Below are positions 24,910-38,544 of a stretch of 64,000 nt of DNA, piece by piece. The stretch lies in NCBI GenBank assembly GCA_951406725.2, contig OX597818.1, positions 30,256,001 through 30,320,000 of the forward strand. The letters run 5' to 3'. Origin of the DNA: Octopus vulgaris (Eukaryota). Numbering within the stretch: position 1 is the stretch's first letter; each line of letters starts with the position of its first letter. The position numbers were made by a program, and so were the translations under genes. Below the pieces are notes generated by a model. That model was not told the DNA's origin and did no database searches. It saw only the letters and a list, made by a program, of their open reading frames with translations.

Positions 24910-26279
24910 TGCGAATCTGCCTGTAGCTATAGACAAATTGAGAAGCATCAAGAAAGCCACTGAATCTGTCATGCATGATGTAATTGCCATCAATGTATCT
25001 AAAGATATGATTGATTTATAGATATTTGCTAAAAACTCATCCAAGAACTTTGTATTTTTCCCAAACATGTTTGCTGCTTTGGTTGACTGGGTTCCAAATG
25101 CAGGCTAGTCAAATCGACCTTCTTGAATTTTACTGAAGCATATGCATATTGTTTAGTCTCTCATAAAACAAGGTGAGAAAATTGAATTGTTTATCGAAAT
25201 CGTCCTGTTTTCCCACTTGATACATGCTTGAAGTTATATATTGTAACTTCCTTGAATCGTGGCTGAGCACTACATGAGAATTTTAGTCTACATGATGATG
25301 GACAAATCTGGAAATTTGTCAAGTCTAGTAAAAAGCTAGTCCAAAGATATCAAACTAACAATGGACAGCAATGCAGATCGATAAACTAAATGAGAATAAT
25401 CTGTCATGCACAATGAATCATGATAGGCTTAGATCCAGTTATGAATTACTGCCTTTAAATTCCTGAAGTTTATGCAATGTGATCCACCTTTTTGATTCTT
25501 ACATTAAAAGTATTGATTCTGATATTGTTACAATCACAGAAACATGGGTGCACTCTTTACTGTGAAATAAGGTTTTTAGCATGGCTGGCTTCAATTTATT
25601 TTGAAAAGACTGCTTTAATTGCTGGTGTTGCAGGGTGTGGGTGGGGTTTATTCAAGCTTTATAGCAATTCTTTATGACAGTTTGAACTAGTCACAACATC
25701 GTCATTATCATCATCATTTAGCGTCCGTTTTCCATGCTGGCATGGGTTGGATTGTGTGACTGGGAGACTGGTAAGCCAGTTGGCTGCACCAGGCTCCAAT
25801 CTTATCTGGCGAAGTTTCTATGGCTGGATACCCTTCCTAATGCTAACCACTCCAGGGTCCTTAAGTGTCCAAATCCTTCTTTTCAGTAACATTCATATAA
25901 GCATGTTACTATTTCTATTGTCTCTCAAACTACTATCAAGACAAGTTTTTGATACCCTTTGACTTGGCCACCTTCTTAAATTCAAACCTCTGCCACACAT
26001 GGACATGCATATAAAATCGAAAAGCCTGTACAGCACCCATGACTTTTGGAAACATTTTGTCACGTTCAGAATTGTTGAAGCATAGAATAAACTGCCTCAC
26101 TTGTTAGCTGGCAGGACACTTCATCCTTCAAATGTCCCAAGTTTCCCAAAATTCACCAACACTACTCTTGATGTGCCAGTGCACCATTTCTTCTTTATAG
26201 CTCTGTTACTGCTCACTTTTCTGTCTTTTTAAGTTTTATTTTGTGCACTGTGCATGTACGTCTAATAACTTTCATTATT

Positions 26280-26507
26280 TCTTTATTGCTCACAAGGGGC
26301 GAAATATAGAGGGAAAAAACAAAGACAGACAAAGGGATTAAGTCGACTACATCAACCCCAGTGCATAAATGGTACTTATTTAATTGAGCCCAAAAGGATG
26401 AAAGGCAAAGTCGACCTTGGCAGAATTTGAACTCAGAATGTAACGGCAGATGAAATACTGCTAAGCATTTTGCCTGGCATGCTAATGATTCTGCCAGCTC
26501 GCCGCCC
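26280..26507 (-). mobile_element. tRNA-derived SINE with a Nin-like central domain
   Basis: Minus strand has head GGCGGCGAGCTGGCAGAATC, B-box-like GAGTTCAAATTC and core GCCTTTCATCCTTT.GGG.TC.AT.AA.TAAGTACC. Further copies at 28525-28720, 31500-31870, 36050-36257 and 43745-43943. Confidence 0.7.
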
Positions 26508-28738
26508 TAAGGGAGCTGTAAATTGAGTAAAGAAAGACAATAACTTTCATTATTGTCTTTCTTTACTCGATTTACAGCTACCTTCTGTCCCCTCTTTAAT
26601 CTATTCTGATACATTGTAATGTACCGTAGCACTGTATACAATAAGCTCATTATTATAATACTCATCTACCTCTCAACTTAGCTCTTTCACAAACACAGTG
26701 GCTTCAGGAAAACTGTTCCATTCAGTCACTATCATTACACTTGTCATTTTCATCTTTGTCATCATCATCATCATCATCAGATTTTTTTTTTTTTTTTTTA
26801 TTCAGTCACTACATGGACAATGGAGGTGAAAAAGAGACAGTGCCCATGATCTTTGTCTGTGCTCCCAGACTGGTGAGATTAATGCAGTTGTTATTTTCAG
26901 CTTGAAACTTTGTAAAAATGATAGTAAGATTGAATTCTTGAGAGTTGCATTCTGGAAAAAAGAAATTGAATATGTATTTAATGTGAGCTCCCTTGCAATG
27001 GTAATGAGTAGAGTGAGGTTGTGCAGCTATGGGGTTCAGAGAAACAGAAGTTTTAATGATAGCAGTAGAGCAGTGAGAGAAGAAATGGCTATGTCTGTGA
27101 GCTAGAGAATGTAACATGTTGGTGAGTGAATTTTCACCAATTAGCTAGCTAACTTATTTTTGTACATGATATAGTGTGTGTGCATGTTTGCATGTGTATG
27201 TTTGGATGTGTATGTTTGCATGTGTGCATGTGTCTGTATGTGTGTGTAGAGAGATAGAGAGAAAGAAAGAAAGCACCATCTGAAATATGTACACAGTACT
27301 CCAATGCATGTTACAATTTTGCAAGCAGAGTGACCAGGTCAATATTCTGCAGACTCTTGTTTATCAATATTCTGCAAACTCTTAATTGTTACCAACACAG
27401 ATCCTTATCAGTTTCCTTGAAACCATGGTCTTAAATCTTTCTTACTCAATATTTACAATACATGGATGCACCTTACCTTATGTACATGGCTGTTGTAATT
27501 GTTAAATGTATCCAATTGTTGATCAAATTACATAGCATATTGTTTAACTATTTTAAAAGTGAATTCTTCCAAGATGTCTTACTAATTGTCAATGCTTAAA
27601 TATTGGTGTGTTAATGTATGACCTGGGGGTAAAAAAGTTGTCTCTTTGGATATTTGATTACAATCAAGTTGTCAGTGTTATGATTTGAACTTGAAAATAT
27701 GAGAAGTTAAATTAGATTCTGCAGAATCTAATTAGGTGTTCTGCTCTCTACACCAGCTAGACAATGTATAGGTTTACTTGATTAGGAATGGCTTGGGTCC
27801 AAACATCAACAAAACATACACCAAATTAAAATAATATTTTACTCGGATATCAAGCTCTAAATTTATAAGCAAGGTAAAATGTGATATTTTTACTTCTTTT
27901 TTTTTTTAAGTGTAACTGCTTCTAAATGGAAACTGAAACTGTGTTGCCATCAACTCCATTGGAACAATAGAAAGCAAATATTAACATTACTTGTTACAGA
28001 ATTTATTGTAGGAATTCTTTTGTTGCATCAGTTTGTTTTGAAACCTTATTCTGTACTGTATATTTAAAACTGTTGTCATTTCTTGGAAGGAAGACAAGTC
28101 TAAAACCTCTCCATTTTATTTCTGATTTATTTGCAGAGAATTCAATGGAAAAGCAACAAAGATCTGGTTAATCATAATATTTTCATGGAGTCATCTAGAT
28201 GCGAACTGAAGTGGAACTGCATTCACATATGCCCATTGTATCTTTATTATTCAAGAAGAAAGTTGAAAAAGGTAAATTTCATGTTTCTTTATGACCAGTG
28301 TTGGTGTGTTTTATGCCCCTGTAACTTATCAGTTCGGGAAAAGAGACCAATATGATATGTACCAGGCTTAAAAAATAAGTAGTGAGGTCAATTCATTTAA
28401 CTAAAATTCTTCAAGGCTCTGTCCCAGCATTGCCATAGTCTAATAACTGAAACAAGTAAAAGAATAAAAGAATATACATATGTAGCATCTCTATTTAATA
28501 ACAAGCAATTTTGATTGGAAGAATTATTTGAGTGTCAGATAAAATACCTTCAGGTATTTTTTCTGGCTCTTTATATTTTGAGTCCAAACCACTGAGGTCA
28601 ACTTTCCCTTTCATCCCTCTGGGGTTTGATAAAATAAAGTACCATTCAAGTATTGGGACCACAGGCATCAACTAACCTGAATCCCTTGAAAATTGCTGGC
28701 CTTGTGCCTAGACCAGAAGTTATTATTATTATTATTAT

Positions 28739-30771
28739 CTTTTTTTTCTTCTTCTTTCAAATTTGCTTCCATTTCTTGCCGAGTGTCTTCCCGACTCCTA
28801 GGGCAAAGAAACTCATAGTATACATTGGTAGGCCATTAAACTAAACACACTAGTTCGCTCATTTTTTTTTTTTAAAGTTAAATTAAAATACATGGGTAGT
28901 AATAGTTCTCACATTGACAATGCTCTTCTCAATACATGTGATGTACCAGTTAAGACAATCTTTTGCACTTCTTGCAGGGATGGTAAGCCAGGGATCATTC
29001 TCATATAATTTTCGGTTCCCTTCTTGATCATTCCTAGTGCTTCTACGATCACTGGTATTGTAACCGCCTTGAGATGCCACATTTTCTCAATTTCAATGAG
29101 CAGGTCTTTATATTTTCTGAGCTTGTCAAACTCTTTCGCCGAGATATTATGATCACAGGGGATGCTCATGTCGATCAATAAGCAAACTTTATTGTTTTGG
29201 TCTTTCACAACAATATCCGGTTTATTGGCTTTGATGGTTCGGTCTGTATGTACAGGAAAGTCCCACAGAATCGTTACATTTTCTCCTTCAGTTACAGCTT
29301 CAGGGTGGTGATTATACCACTTGTTGGCAGTTTTTATATTGTAATGCCGACTTATTTGCCAGTGTAGATGTTAGCCAACTCTGTCATGTCTTAATTTATA
29401 CTCCATTGGTGCTAAGACTTTACATCCAGAGATTAGGTGGTCCACTGTTTCAATTATGTTGTTGCAGAATCGGCATTTTGGGTCTGCTCCATTTTTCATC
29501 ACATTGGCCTGGTAGTTCCGGGTTAATAGGCTTTGATCTTGAGCAGCCAGGATGAAACCTTCGCTCTCTGCTTTTAGCCCTGAGCTCTGTAGCCACTGAT
29601 GGGTTTGCTTCTGGTCAACATCAGCTTGTTTGCTACGGGCCACATATTTGCCGTGCAGAGGTTTCTCCTCCCACCTATCAGCCAATTGCTCGTGCGCTTT
29701 TGTCGTTGCCATTATTTTCACCTTCTTTGCAACAATAGTTGCCGTACTTCCCTCGGATTGTTCAGTTTGGGTATCCTGCATGAGATCAATAGCAAATTTT
29801 TTGCTTTCTTTTATGATAGAATGAAGCTTCTTTCGTCTCTCGTGATTTTCCATGAGCTTTAGCATCCAGTCATTCGTTATTTCAAGATATTTGGCCAGTC
29901 CAGTTGTGGTTGTTTTGTAAGCTAGTTCAAATTGGATCAGGCCTCGACCTCCTTGGGCTCTGGGGAGGTAAAGGCGATCTACGTCTGCCTTTGGGTGGTG
30001 CATCCTATTACAACTCAGCAGCTTGCGTATTTTCCTATCTATATTCTTTACTTCACTCATATTCCAGTTCAACACATTGTAGCTATAAGTAACAACTGGA
30101 ACTGCTAAGGAATTTATAGCTAACACCTTGTTATGTGCATTTAGTTCAGATTTCAGGACTGCACAAACTTTCCTATAACATTCCTTCCTGATCTTCTCTT
30201 TCATGCTTGCATGCTGAATACCAGAGCCTTCATTTATCCCTAAATATTTGTATGTTTGTTCTTGCTCAAGCTCTCTTATGACTGTGTCAACATCTAACAT
30301 GACTGAATTTGTGGTCTTCACTTTCCCTTTCTGGCACACTTCTCAAGCCCAAACTCCATCCCGATGTCATCGCTGAATGCTTTCACAGTGCGCAATAGGC
30401 CTTCAAGTTCATTATCGTCTTTACCATAGAGTTTTAAGTCATCCATATAAAATAGATGGCTTATTTTTTTTATTGACAATTTTATACCCATACCCTGTTC
30501 TGTTTAATTCACTTGTAATGGGTATTAGGGCTATGCAGAATATTAGAGGTGAAAGTGAGTCATCTTGAAACATGCCACAGTTGATGTTTATATTCTCTGA
30601 GGCAAGTACTCCATTAGAGTGGTATAATTGGAAATTCGTATTCCACAACGACATATTGTGCTTCAGGAAGCTTGAAATCACGGGAAATTTTGAAGATATC
30701 CAGCGATTTCAAGATCCATGAATGCAGTATACTGTCAAAGGCCTTTTTATAGTCAATCCATGTGGATTGAC
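28739..30771 (-). mobile_element. 5'-truncated R4/Dong-type non-LTR retrotransposon (RT, zinc knuckle, RLE), frameshifted
   Basis: WIDYKKAFDS, GMFQDDSLSPLIFC, YMDD (~30445), YKYLG, RLYLPRAQGGRGL, QDQSLLTRNY, CRFC..ETVDHLISGC, RHDRVG, KPDI and KYKDL. (TAA)n on both sides. Confidence 0.92.
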
Positions 30772-30782
30772 TATTATTATTA

Positions 30783-30828
<46 letters not shown>

Positions 30829-30981
30829 TCGTTTAGCGTCCGTTTTCCATGCTAGCATGGGTTGGACGGGTCAACTGGGGTCTGTGAAGCTGGAAGGCTT
30901 CGTCAGGCCCAGTCAGATCTGGCAGTGTTTCTACGGCTGGATGCCCTTCCTAACACCAACCACTCCGCGAGTGTAGTGGGT

Positions 30982-31268
30982 GTTTTTTACGTACCACCTG
31001 CACAGGTGCCAGACAGAGCTGGCGAACGGCCACGAGCGGACGGTGCTTTTACGTGTCACCGGCACGGGGGCCAGCCGAGGCTGGCAACGGACACAGACGG
31101 ATGGTGCTTTTACGTGCCACCGACACGGGGCCAGACAGAGCTGGCAAACGGCCACGAACGGATGGTGCTTTTACGTGTCACCGGCACGGGGGCCAGCCGA
31201 GGCTGGCAACGGACGCGAACAGATGGTGCTTTTACGTGCCACCGACACGGTTGCCAGACAGAGCTGGC
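30982..31268 (-). repeat. ~60-bp tandem subunits (A/B alternating, ~122-bp dimer) inside a SINE copy
   Basis: Five TTTTACGT cores, with alternating CCAGACAGAGCTGGC and CCAGCCGAGGCTGGC hairpins. Confidence 0.9.
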
Positions 31269-32511
31269 AATTTATAACTATTATTTTGGTTTGACTCAGG
31301 TTCGGTCTTATTCTTGGTGGGAATTATGTGGATAGCAGGCTACTACCTGTAACCTTAGGTTTCAAGTGCTTAGAACCCGCCTGATAATCCTTGTTGTCCA
31401 TAAGAGACAAACTCACAAATGTGAGCCTTTTACGTGAAAACCTGTGGATTTGTATAAAGGACACACAGATACACAGACATTTTGCCATTTATAGATATAG
31501 AGATGTTCTGAGTTCAAATTCCATCGAGGTCAACAATGCCTTTCATCCTTTTGGAGTCAGTGAAATAAGGTACAAATCAAGTACTAAGATCAATGATAAT
31601 AATTAACCTCTACTCTCAAATTTTGGGGTTGTGCCTAAAACAGAATCACTTTGTCATTATTGATGAATATTTGGAGCACTGGGCTAAATGCTTTGTGGTT
31701 TTTGTATGGCTCCTTATGTTCTGAGTTCAAACCCTCCCAAGGTCAGCTTTGTTTTTCATCCTTCTGGAGGTCAATAAAAAAAAGTATCAATCAAGCATTA
31801 GGGTCACTTTAATTGGCTAGCCCTTCTCCTCAAAATTACTAGTCTTGTGCTTAAATTAGAAGCAATTATTATTATTTTTTAATTTTTTTTGCTTTGTTTT
31901 TCCAACAAAATAACAGAAATAGTAAAGCACTGGTATTTTGATTCTTTATCTTTTGAATTCATATCTTGCCTGTATGAACTTTGCCTTTTATCCCCTTCTC
32001 TCCCTAGTTGGCTTACATGATCTTGAATAAATTTAATGTAATTAAATTGGATTAATGTATAGTATACCAATAAAGTGTAATTTATTATTGGTTTTCAGGG
32101 TTTCTCAATGTTCCGAGATTCAAAAACTTTTTAAAAAAAACATTACAAAGTATTTTCATAGGTAATTAATTGCTGTGTCAGGAATGGAATCTTGGAAATA
32201 TTTTAGTTTCTTTTAGCATTCTGATTTCTTCTCCTAGCAACACTCTCTATGGTTACTAAAATGCTTTTTCAACAGATAACACTTAAGAGATTTCATTTTT
32301 GAATCCAGTAGTTATAATAGCCATGCTAGCAGAAATTTCAGAGGATTTTTTACTGATCTTAGCAACAAAAGAATTTTATTTCCGTTCAATGGAAAGCAAA
32401 GACTTTTCAATGCTTTTATATGCTTTTATTTTCATATACGTTGAAGATTGTTTAACTGCATGTCAGCCATTTAATATTGATTTGTAGAAGTAGAAGTGAT
32501 TCAAATATACC

Positions 32512-32900
32512 CTGTGGAAATAACAGAATGAAATGACAAAACTATAACCAGCAGATTTGACATAACTACTGCAGAAGAGATAGCACTAAAGCTCATGGAA
32601 ATGACAAAATTAAAGCCAGTGAGAACCAAACAAAAGTGTGTGGAAATGACATAGCTTTTGACCATGGAAGGAGCACATCATTAAAATGACTAGCATAGGA
32701 ACTGACTCAATTATAGAGTTTTAAAATGATGTGATTTTAGTATATGGAAATGACAGAAAGACAGTATATGGAAATGACTTAACTTTAGTGTGTGGAAGCA
32801 ACACAGTTCTAATATGTAGATATGACACAGTTATAGCAATAAGTCAATGTTACAATAATAGTTTTAGTGATGCAATTGGAGTCTGTGGAAATGACATAAT
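32512..32900 (+). repeat. Degenerate ~24-bp minisatellite
   Basis: Recurrent (T)GTGGAAATGACA. The 24-nt period is clear at 32741-32836. Confidence 0.6.
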
Positions 32901-33719
32901 TATTGGTTTTTTATGTACCATATAAATCTGGAAACTTCAATTTTATTAAATGTTTAAATGTCTGAGATAAATTATTGATAAAATTATAATTTTTTAAATT
33001 ATTAAATTCATGTTTGGAGATGAAAAGATTTTCCACTTTTCACATCTGCATTAAATTTCATTTGGTGTGATCTTTAATTGTCTTTAGGGACCTTATTATT
33101 GAATATGTAAAAGCACAGCCTGGATTTAAACTAGGATTTCTTATTTCTAAATTGGGGTTGATAACATTTTTGTCCACAGGAGTACATGCATCAGTAAACT
33201 AATGGATAAGAACTTTATGACTCTTAAATTAGAAATAAGCATTCTTAGTTCAAATCCCACCTGGAACTACATACAAATGCAGAAAAGAAAGGCATTTAAT
33301 GATGACTGAAGATTAACCCAGGAAGGCTGGTGACATGTAAAAAGCACCATTTGAGTGTGGCCAATACCAGTGCCACCTGGCTGGCACACACACTGGTGGC
33401 ACAGAAAAAGCACCACTCAAGTGTGGCCAGTACCAGTTCTGCCTTTGCTGGTGGAACATAAAAAGCACCATTCGAGTGTGGCCAATGTCAGTGCCATCTG
33501 ACTGACTCCTGTGCTTGTGGCACATATAAAAAACACCCACTACACTCTCACAGTGGTTGGTGTCTAGCTGTTGAAATCTTGCCAAATCAGATTGGTACCT
33601 GGTGCATCTTCCTTGCAGTCCTCAGTCTAACCGTCCAACCCATGCCAGCATGGAAAATGGACATTAAACGATGATGATGATGATGATGGTGACTATGACT
33701 TCATTTATGATGTAACATT

Positions 33720-34830
33720 TCGAGGTCAAATGAAAAAGGCAAAGATATATGTGTTAAAAAGTTCACTTAATTTATTTGGCACAGAGTGAATGGAACTATT
33801 CAATGTATGGAATACACTCATAAGTGTTTTGTGTGGAATCTATTGTCGGTTCAGTTGAAGGTTTGAATGTAGCTGAGGGACTGAAGCAAAAAGTTGCAGC
33901 AAAATAGAATGGAACAACTGTATATATGCCAAAACGAAATGAAAAATTACCCATGATAAAAAGTAAACATTGTTCAAAAATTGATGCTCTGTGGTCAAGA
34001 ATACACATTGATGTTGCTGGTCCTTTAGACGGTTCTTACTACTTAATGGTAGTTGATAGTTTTTCGAAATGGCCTGAAATTTGTAAGTATAAAAAAATCC
34101 AACCTCTTCAACTGTGATAAATTTTTTACATGAATTGTTTGCAAGATTTGGCATCCCAGACAAAACAGTGTCTGACAACAGAACATAATTTGTGTCTAGT
34201 AAATTTTTTAAATTTTGTGAAACGTTTGAAGTAGAACATATAACTATGGTGCCATATCATCCCAGATTTAATGGACAGGCAGAAACTTTGCCAATACATT
34301 CAAAAGAGCCCTTACAAAATCAAATAAGGAAGTCATGGATGAGGTAGCTCTACAACAATTTTTAAGAGTGTGCCATGTGACACCAAATCTGAATTCACCA
34401 GCCAGTAGCTCACCAGAAAAGCTGATGTTTGCAAGGAAAGTAAAATCAGTCTTTGATAAATTGCTACTGGGCAAGAAAAGAAAAAGTGCCAGGGAAGACA
34501 TAGCAAGATTCTTTAAAGTTGATGAAAAGGTGTATATGAGGGCATACAAGAATGGAAAGCAGAGTTGGGAGGATAGTGTAATTACCAAATGCATAGGTAA
34601 AATGATGTATTGGGTAAAAAGTAGAAATGGCAAACAAAAGAGACACAGGATCCAACTGTAAAAGAGATTCGTGGAAAGCAAATCAAAGAAGTTGGAGGAA
34701 CCAATGGAATGGTTGTACAATATGTTCCAAGTACCAACACCACTGTAAGTGATTATACCCAGGCATACAAGTGAGAGGAAAAGAAACCATACAGAGTTCC
34801 TGAAAATAGATGCCAAGTGCAAAAAATACT
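33720..34830 (+). mobile_element. Gypsy/Ty3 LTR retrotransposon integrase remnant
   Basis: WSRIHIDVAGP, LMVVDSFSKWPEI, ELFARFGIPDKTVSDN, PYHPRFNGQAE, TPN..SPEKLMFARKVKS; multiple frameshifts. Confidence 0.88.
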
Positions 34831-34930
34831 GAATTGTATGAAAAAAAAACTCAAAAAAGAGAGGCAGGGTAAATAAAAAAATTATTGATAAATAAAATGA
34901 CACTTCGTAAGAAAAACTTAAAAGGAAAGA

Positions 34931-35110
34931 TGTAATAATTAGTGAATAGTAATAATGGTGCATTCCTCCCACATGACAAATGGACTAACCTAGTCACTAT
35001 CAGTAAAGTGAAGTACATGTAGTACCAGAGTACATAGTAGGCAGTCAGAGATAGTTGTGTCTTTACTGGTTTTACTCAGTATACTGTGTACCAAAGTGGG
35101 CATTATAACA
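34931..35110 (+). mobile_element. Probable 3' LTR of the Gypsy remnant
   Basis: Polypurine tract AAAAGGAAAGA immediately precedes TGTAATAA; the segment ends TTATAACA. Confidence 0.6.
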
Positions 35111-36264
35111 ATCCAACATTTTAAGGATATAACACTACCTTTAAAACTTTAACTGCTACTCCTTGCACTGTGAGTAACTACCTACAAGATACTTTGTTGG
35201 TTCACCACTACACACTACTATAAATAAAGTAATCTTTTTGTTAGGTTCACCATGTAGAAAGCTCCATAGGCCGTAGGTTGCCTATGACTGATATAGATAG
35301 AGTAGGAGTGGTACCATCTAGCTAGCTTTCCCAAAAGCACTACATGTAGTGGAAGTTTTTAGTTGTGACCTTATGCTCTTGTGTGTAATAAGACTTATCA
35401 TAACTGAAATAAAGTTGATGAATGAATTCCTTTTACTTTTTTTTTATGTAAATTTTTGGATAATTGGATTTTGGTTCAGTGTTTTATTCTCACTATCAAT
35501 CTAGAATGTTTACATTTCAAGACTTATCATTTGTTGATCTACATTTATCTAACATCAGAAAAATGGATTCTTATTTATTTTAATTTCTTATATATTTGTG
35601 TGTTTTCATATTTCTTGAAATAACATTCTACAGCCGGACACATTCCTTTTACTAAACACTCAATTCTCAGTTATACATATTTACCAAGTTGACTGAAGCA
35701 ACCAGAGTTATGTGCCATTTTTAAAAGCACAATTCAGTGGCAATTAATAAATTTGAATTCCTTGGGCTTCAACTATTTGTTGTTTAAAAACTGTAATAGC
35801 ATTTCCATCGATATTATATGATGACCCTAAGGTAGGAAATGACTGGGTATACAGAATAAAGCAATTTGGCAGCACATCTAATAAAATAAGACAATACTGT
35901 ATTTATAACAGTGTCAGTTAAGATAATTCTGTCCTTAGAAAGACAAAATAAATTCAGTACCCAAATGTTGAGTTTTTAATTAAAAGAACTGAAAGTAACT
36001 TCAAGTAAATCCAAGAAAATCGCCACTAATTAACAGTAACATAGGGATTTTAAATTTTGGTACAAGCTCAGCTATTTCAGAGGAGGTGATAAGTCAATGA
36101 CATCAACACCAGTCCTTAGCTGGTACTTATTTTATCAACCCCTGAAAGGATGAAAGGTAAACTCAACCTCAGCAGCATCTGAACTCAGAATATAAAGATG
36201 GACAAAATGCTACTAAACATTGTCTGGCATGCTAATGATTCTGCCAGCTCACTGCCTTAATTAT

Positions 36265-36436
36265 AGGCACAGGAGTGGCTGTGTGGTAAGTAGCTTGCTA
36301 ACCAACCACATGGTTCCGGGTTCAGTCCCACTGTGTGGCACCTTGGGCAAGTGTCTTCTGCTATAGCCCTGGGCCGACCAATGCCTTGTGAGTGGATTTG
36401 GTAGACGGAAACTGAAAGAAGCCTGTCGTATATATG

Positions 36437-36469
<33 letters not shown>

Positions 36470-36672
36470 TTGTGTGTCTGTGTTTGTCCCCCTAGCATTG
36501 CTTGACAACCGATGCTGGTGTATCTATGTCCCCATTACTTAGCGGTTCGGCAAAAGAGACCGATAGAATAAGTATTGGGCTTACAAAAAAATAAGTCCCG
36601 GGGTCGAGTTGCTCGATTAAAGGCGGTGCTCCAGCATGGCCGCAGTCAAATGACTGAAACAAGTAAAAGTAA
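36265..36672 (+). mobile_element. Full-length tRNA-derived SINE with internal (TA)n(TG)n tract
   Basis: A box TGGCTGTGTGG, B-box-like GGTTCAGTCCC, CCTTGGGCAAG, and 3' end GGCGGTGCTCCAGCATGGCCGCAGTCAAATGACTGAAAC followed by an A-rich tail. Confidence 0.85.
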
Positions 36673-37276
36673 AGTAATTAGCAATAACACATTAGCCGAG
36701 AGAAAGCTACAGTTGGGAGTGTTGGTAGAATCTGAGCTTACTAATATGGTAATGAAGCAATATCTTATCCTCAGCAGTCCACTGTTTCTCTCAATGCTAC
36801 AATACTTTCAGATATAAAATGCCACTGTTGTGAAAGGCTGTGTTTAACTACAGCAGATTGCTATAGATGGTAAGAGCACTTTTTAACTGAGAAATATTTT
36901 GTTAGTGATAAACCTAAATCCTTCTGTTTGGCTGATGACAGCAATGCTAAAGTATTCCAGTATATCCTCACTTGACTCTCTGCATGATAATGGAGTATCC
37001 TACTTTACTCTGATGACAAAACATTTATGCTAAGCAATAGTTAGTAAGACATTCACTATAATTATGCGGAACAGTGGGTGTTTGGATATAAAATATCCAA
37101 TAAGCGGGTGTTTGTTTCTTGTATCTATGCATGTATCAGTTTATATATTCAATTCTACTGGGATAATTGTTCATCACATAAGTGAAGATTTATGTATTTA
37201 TATATTTCTTCTGTTTCTCCAGCAACAAGCTCTGATAGTTGTCTTGTAAAAACATAGATGATTTTAATGTTTGCAT

Positions 37277-37284
37277 ACATCATC

Positions 37285-37350
<66 letters not shown>

Positions 37351-37378
37351 GTCATCATCATCGTCATCATCATCACCA
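37277..37378. repeat. (CAT)n microsatellite (expanded SINE tail)
   Basis: Direct reading. It is the source of the poly-His and poly-Met ORFs. Confidence 0.95.
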
Positions 37379-38544
37379 TTTAATGTCTGTTTTCCATTTG
37401 GTCAGTTTGACAAAAGCTGGTAAGATCAGGAGCCATTGTTTTGGCATCATTTCTATTGCTGGATTCCCTTCCTAACACCAACTCTTTCATAGTGTACTAG
37501 GTGCTTTTTACATGGCACCAGCATGGGCTCCTTTTATGTGGTACCAGAACCAATACTTTTTACGGGGTACCAGCACTGGAACTATTTATGTAGAACCAGC
37601 ACTGACAGAGTCATCAAGTACCTTGCAAGACAAAAAAAGGCAAAACTCCCATCAACTGAGGGGAGGGAGTAGTATTGGTGGGGTGGCTTCGTTCCATTTG
37701 AGAGATTAAACATATGGAGGGGCAGAGATAAGTGTTTTATTGTAGATACATGGTACACCAGTTGGAAAGCAAAGAAGAGTGAATTAGAGAGTAAGTAAGG
37801 AGAGTGATAGTGAAAGAGCTGAAGAGGAAAATGTGTCAGGACATATCCCCTAGGGACTTTGGGGTTGGTGAGAATAGGTGAAGTGATACAGACGTTTGGA
37901 CTGGGTGAGTGGGCAGGATAGAGGCCGCAGTGATAAATGATGGGGAGAAACCTAGGAAAGGCTTAGTGGGTGTAGGTTATGGTAGATATGTGGAGGCATT
38001 GAGGGTGATAGCACGTAAGTGAGGTGTTAATGATGGAAAACAGCACATGAGAGGGGAGAAGGTGCAGAAAGGAGATGATTGGTGTAGACAGTTGGCAGGG
38101 AGGAAGATAATGGGAAAAGAAAGTGGTTTGGGATGGGGAAGAAAAGTAACTGAAAATGCTGGGGGATAGAGTATGTGCTTATTTTGCTCTTGAGTGATAG
38201 AGAAGTGATGGATGTTAAACGTTGAAACATGGTGGGGAAAGGTTGATGGGGAAGAGAGAATGGAAGGGGGAGTGGGGCAGAGCCCTTCATGGATAAGCAT
38301 TACTAAGGTTATTTTAGGGTATCAATTCTACTGTGATGGCTAGTACTTCTTGATTATTGTAAGGCACCAGATATCTTAGTCTTTTGTTGTCTTCTTCATA
38401 AGGCTCAGGGTCTTGAGATCAGCCTTCCCATGTTTCCCTGAGTCTTACTCCTACACAAGTTCCATCCACTTTAATAAGTGATCAATACTTCTTTATACAA
38501 CTGTCCTCATCCATACACATCACATGACCAAACCAACGAAATAG

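Noticed and set aside
30982-31268. CRISPR-like repeat/spacer appearance
   Set aside because: The 'spacers' alternate between two near-identical sequences, the array is inside a eukaryotic SINE, and there are no cas genes.
34268-34972. 234-aa hydrophobic minus-strand ORF
   Set aside because: Antisense shadow of the A-rich Gypsy integrase and LTR region.
37155-37475. Poly-His / poly-Met ORFs
   Set aside because: Translation of a (CAT)n SINE tail. The same applies to the HTYI, CVCV, YIYI and poly-Ile/Leu ORFs across the window.
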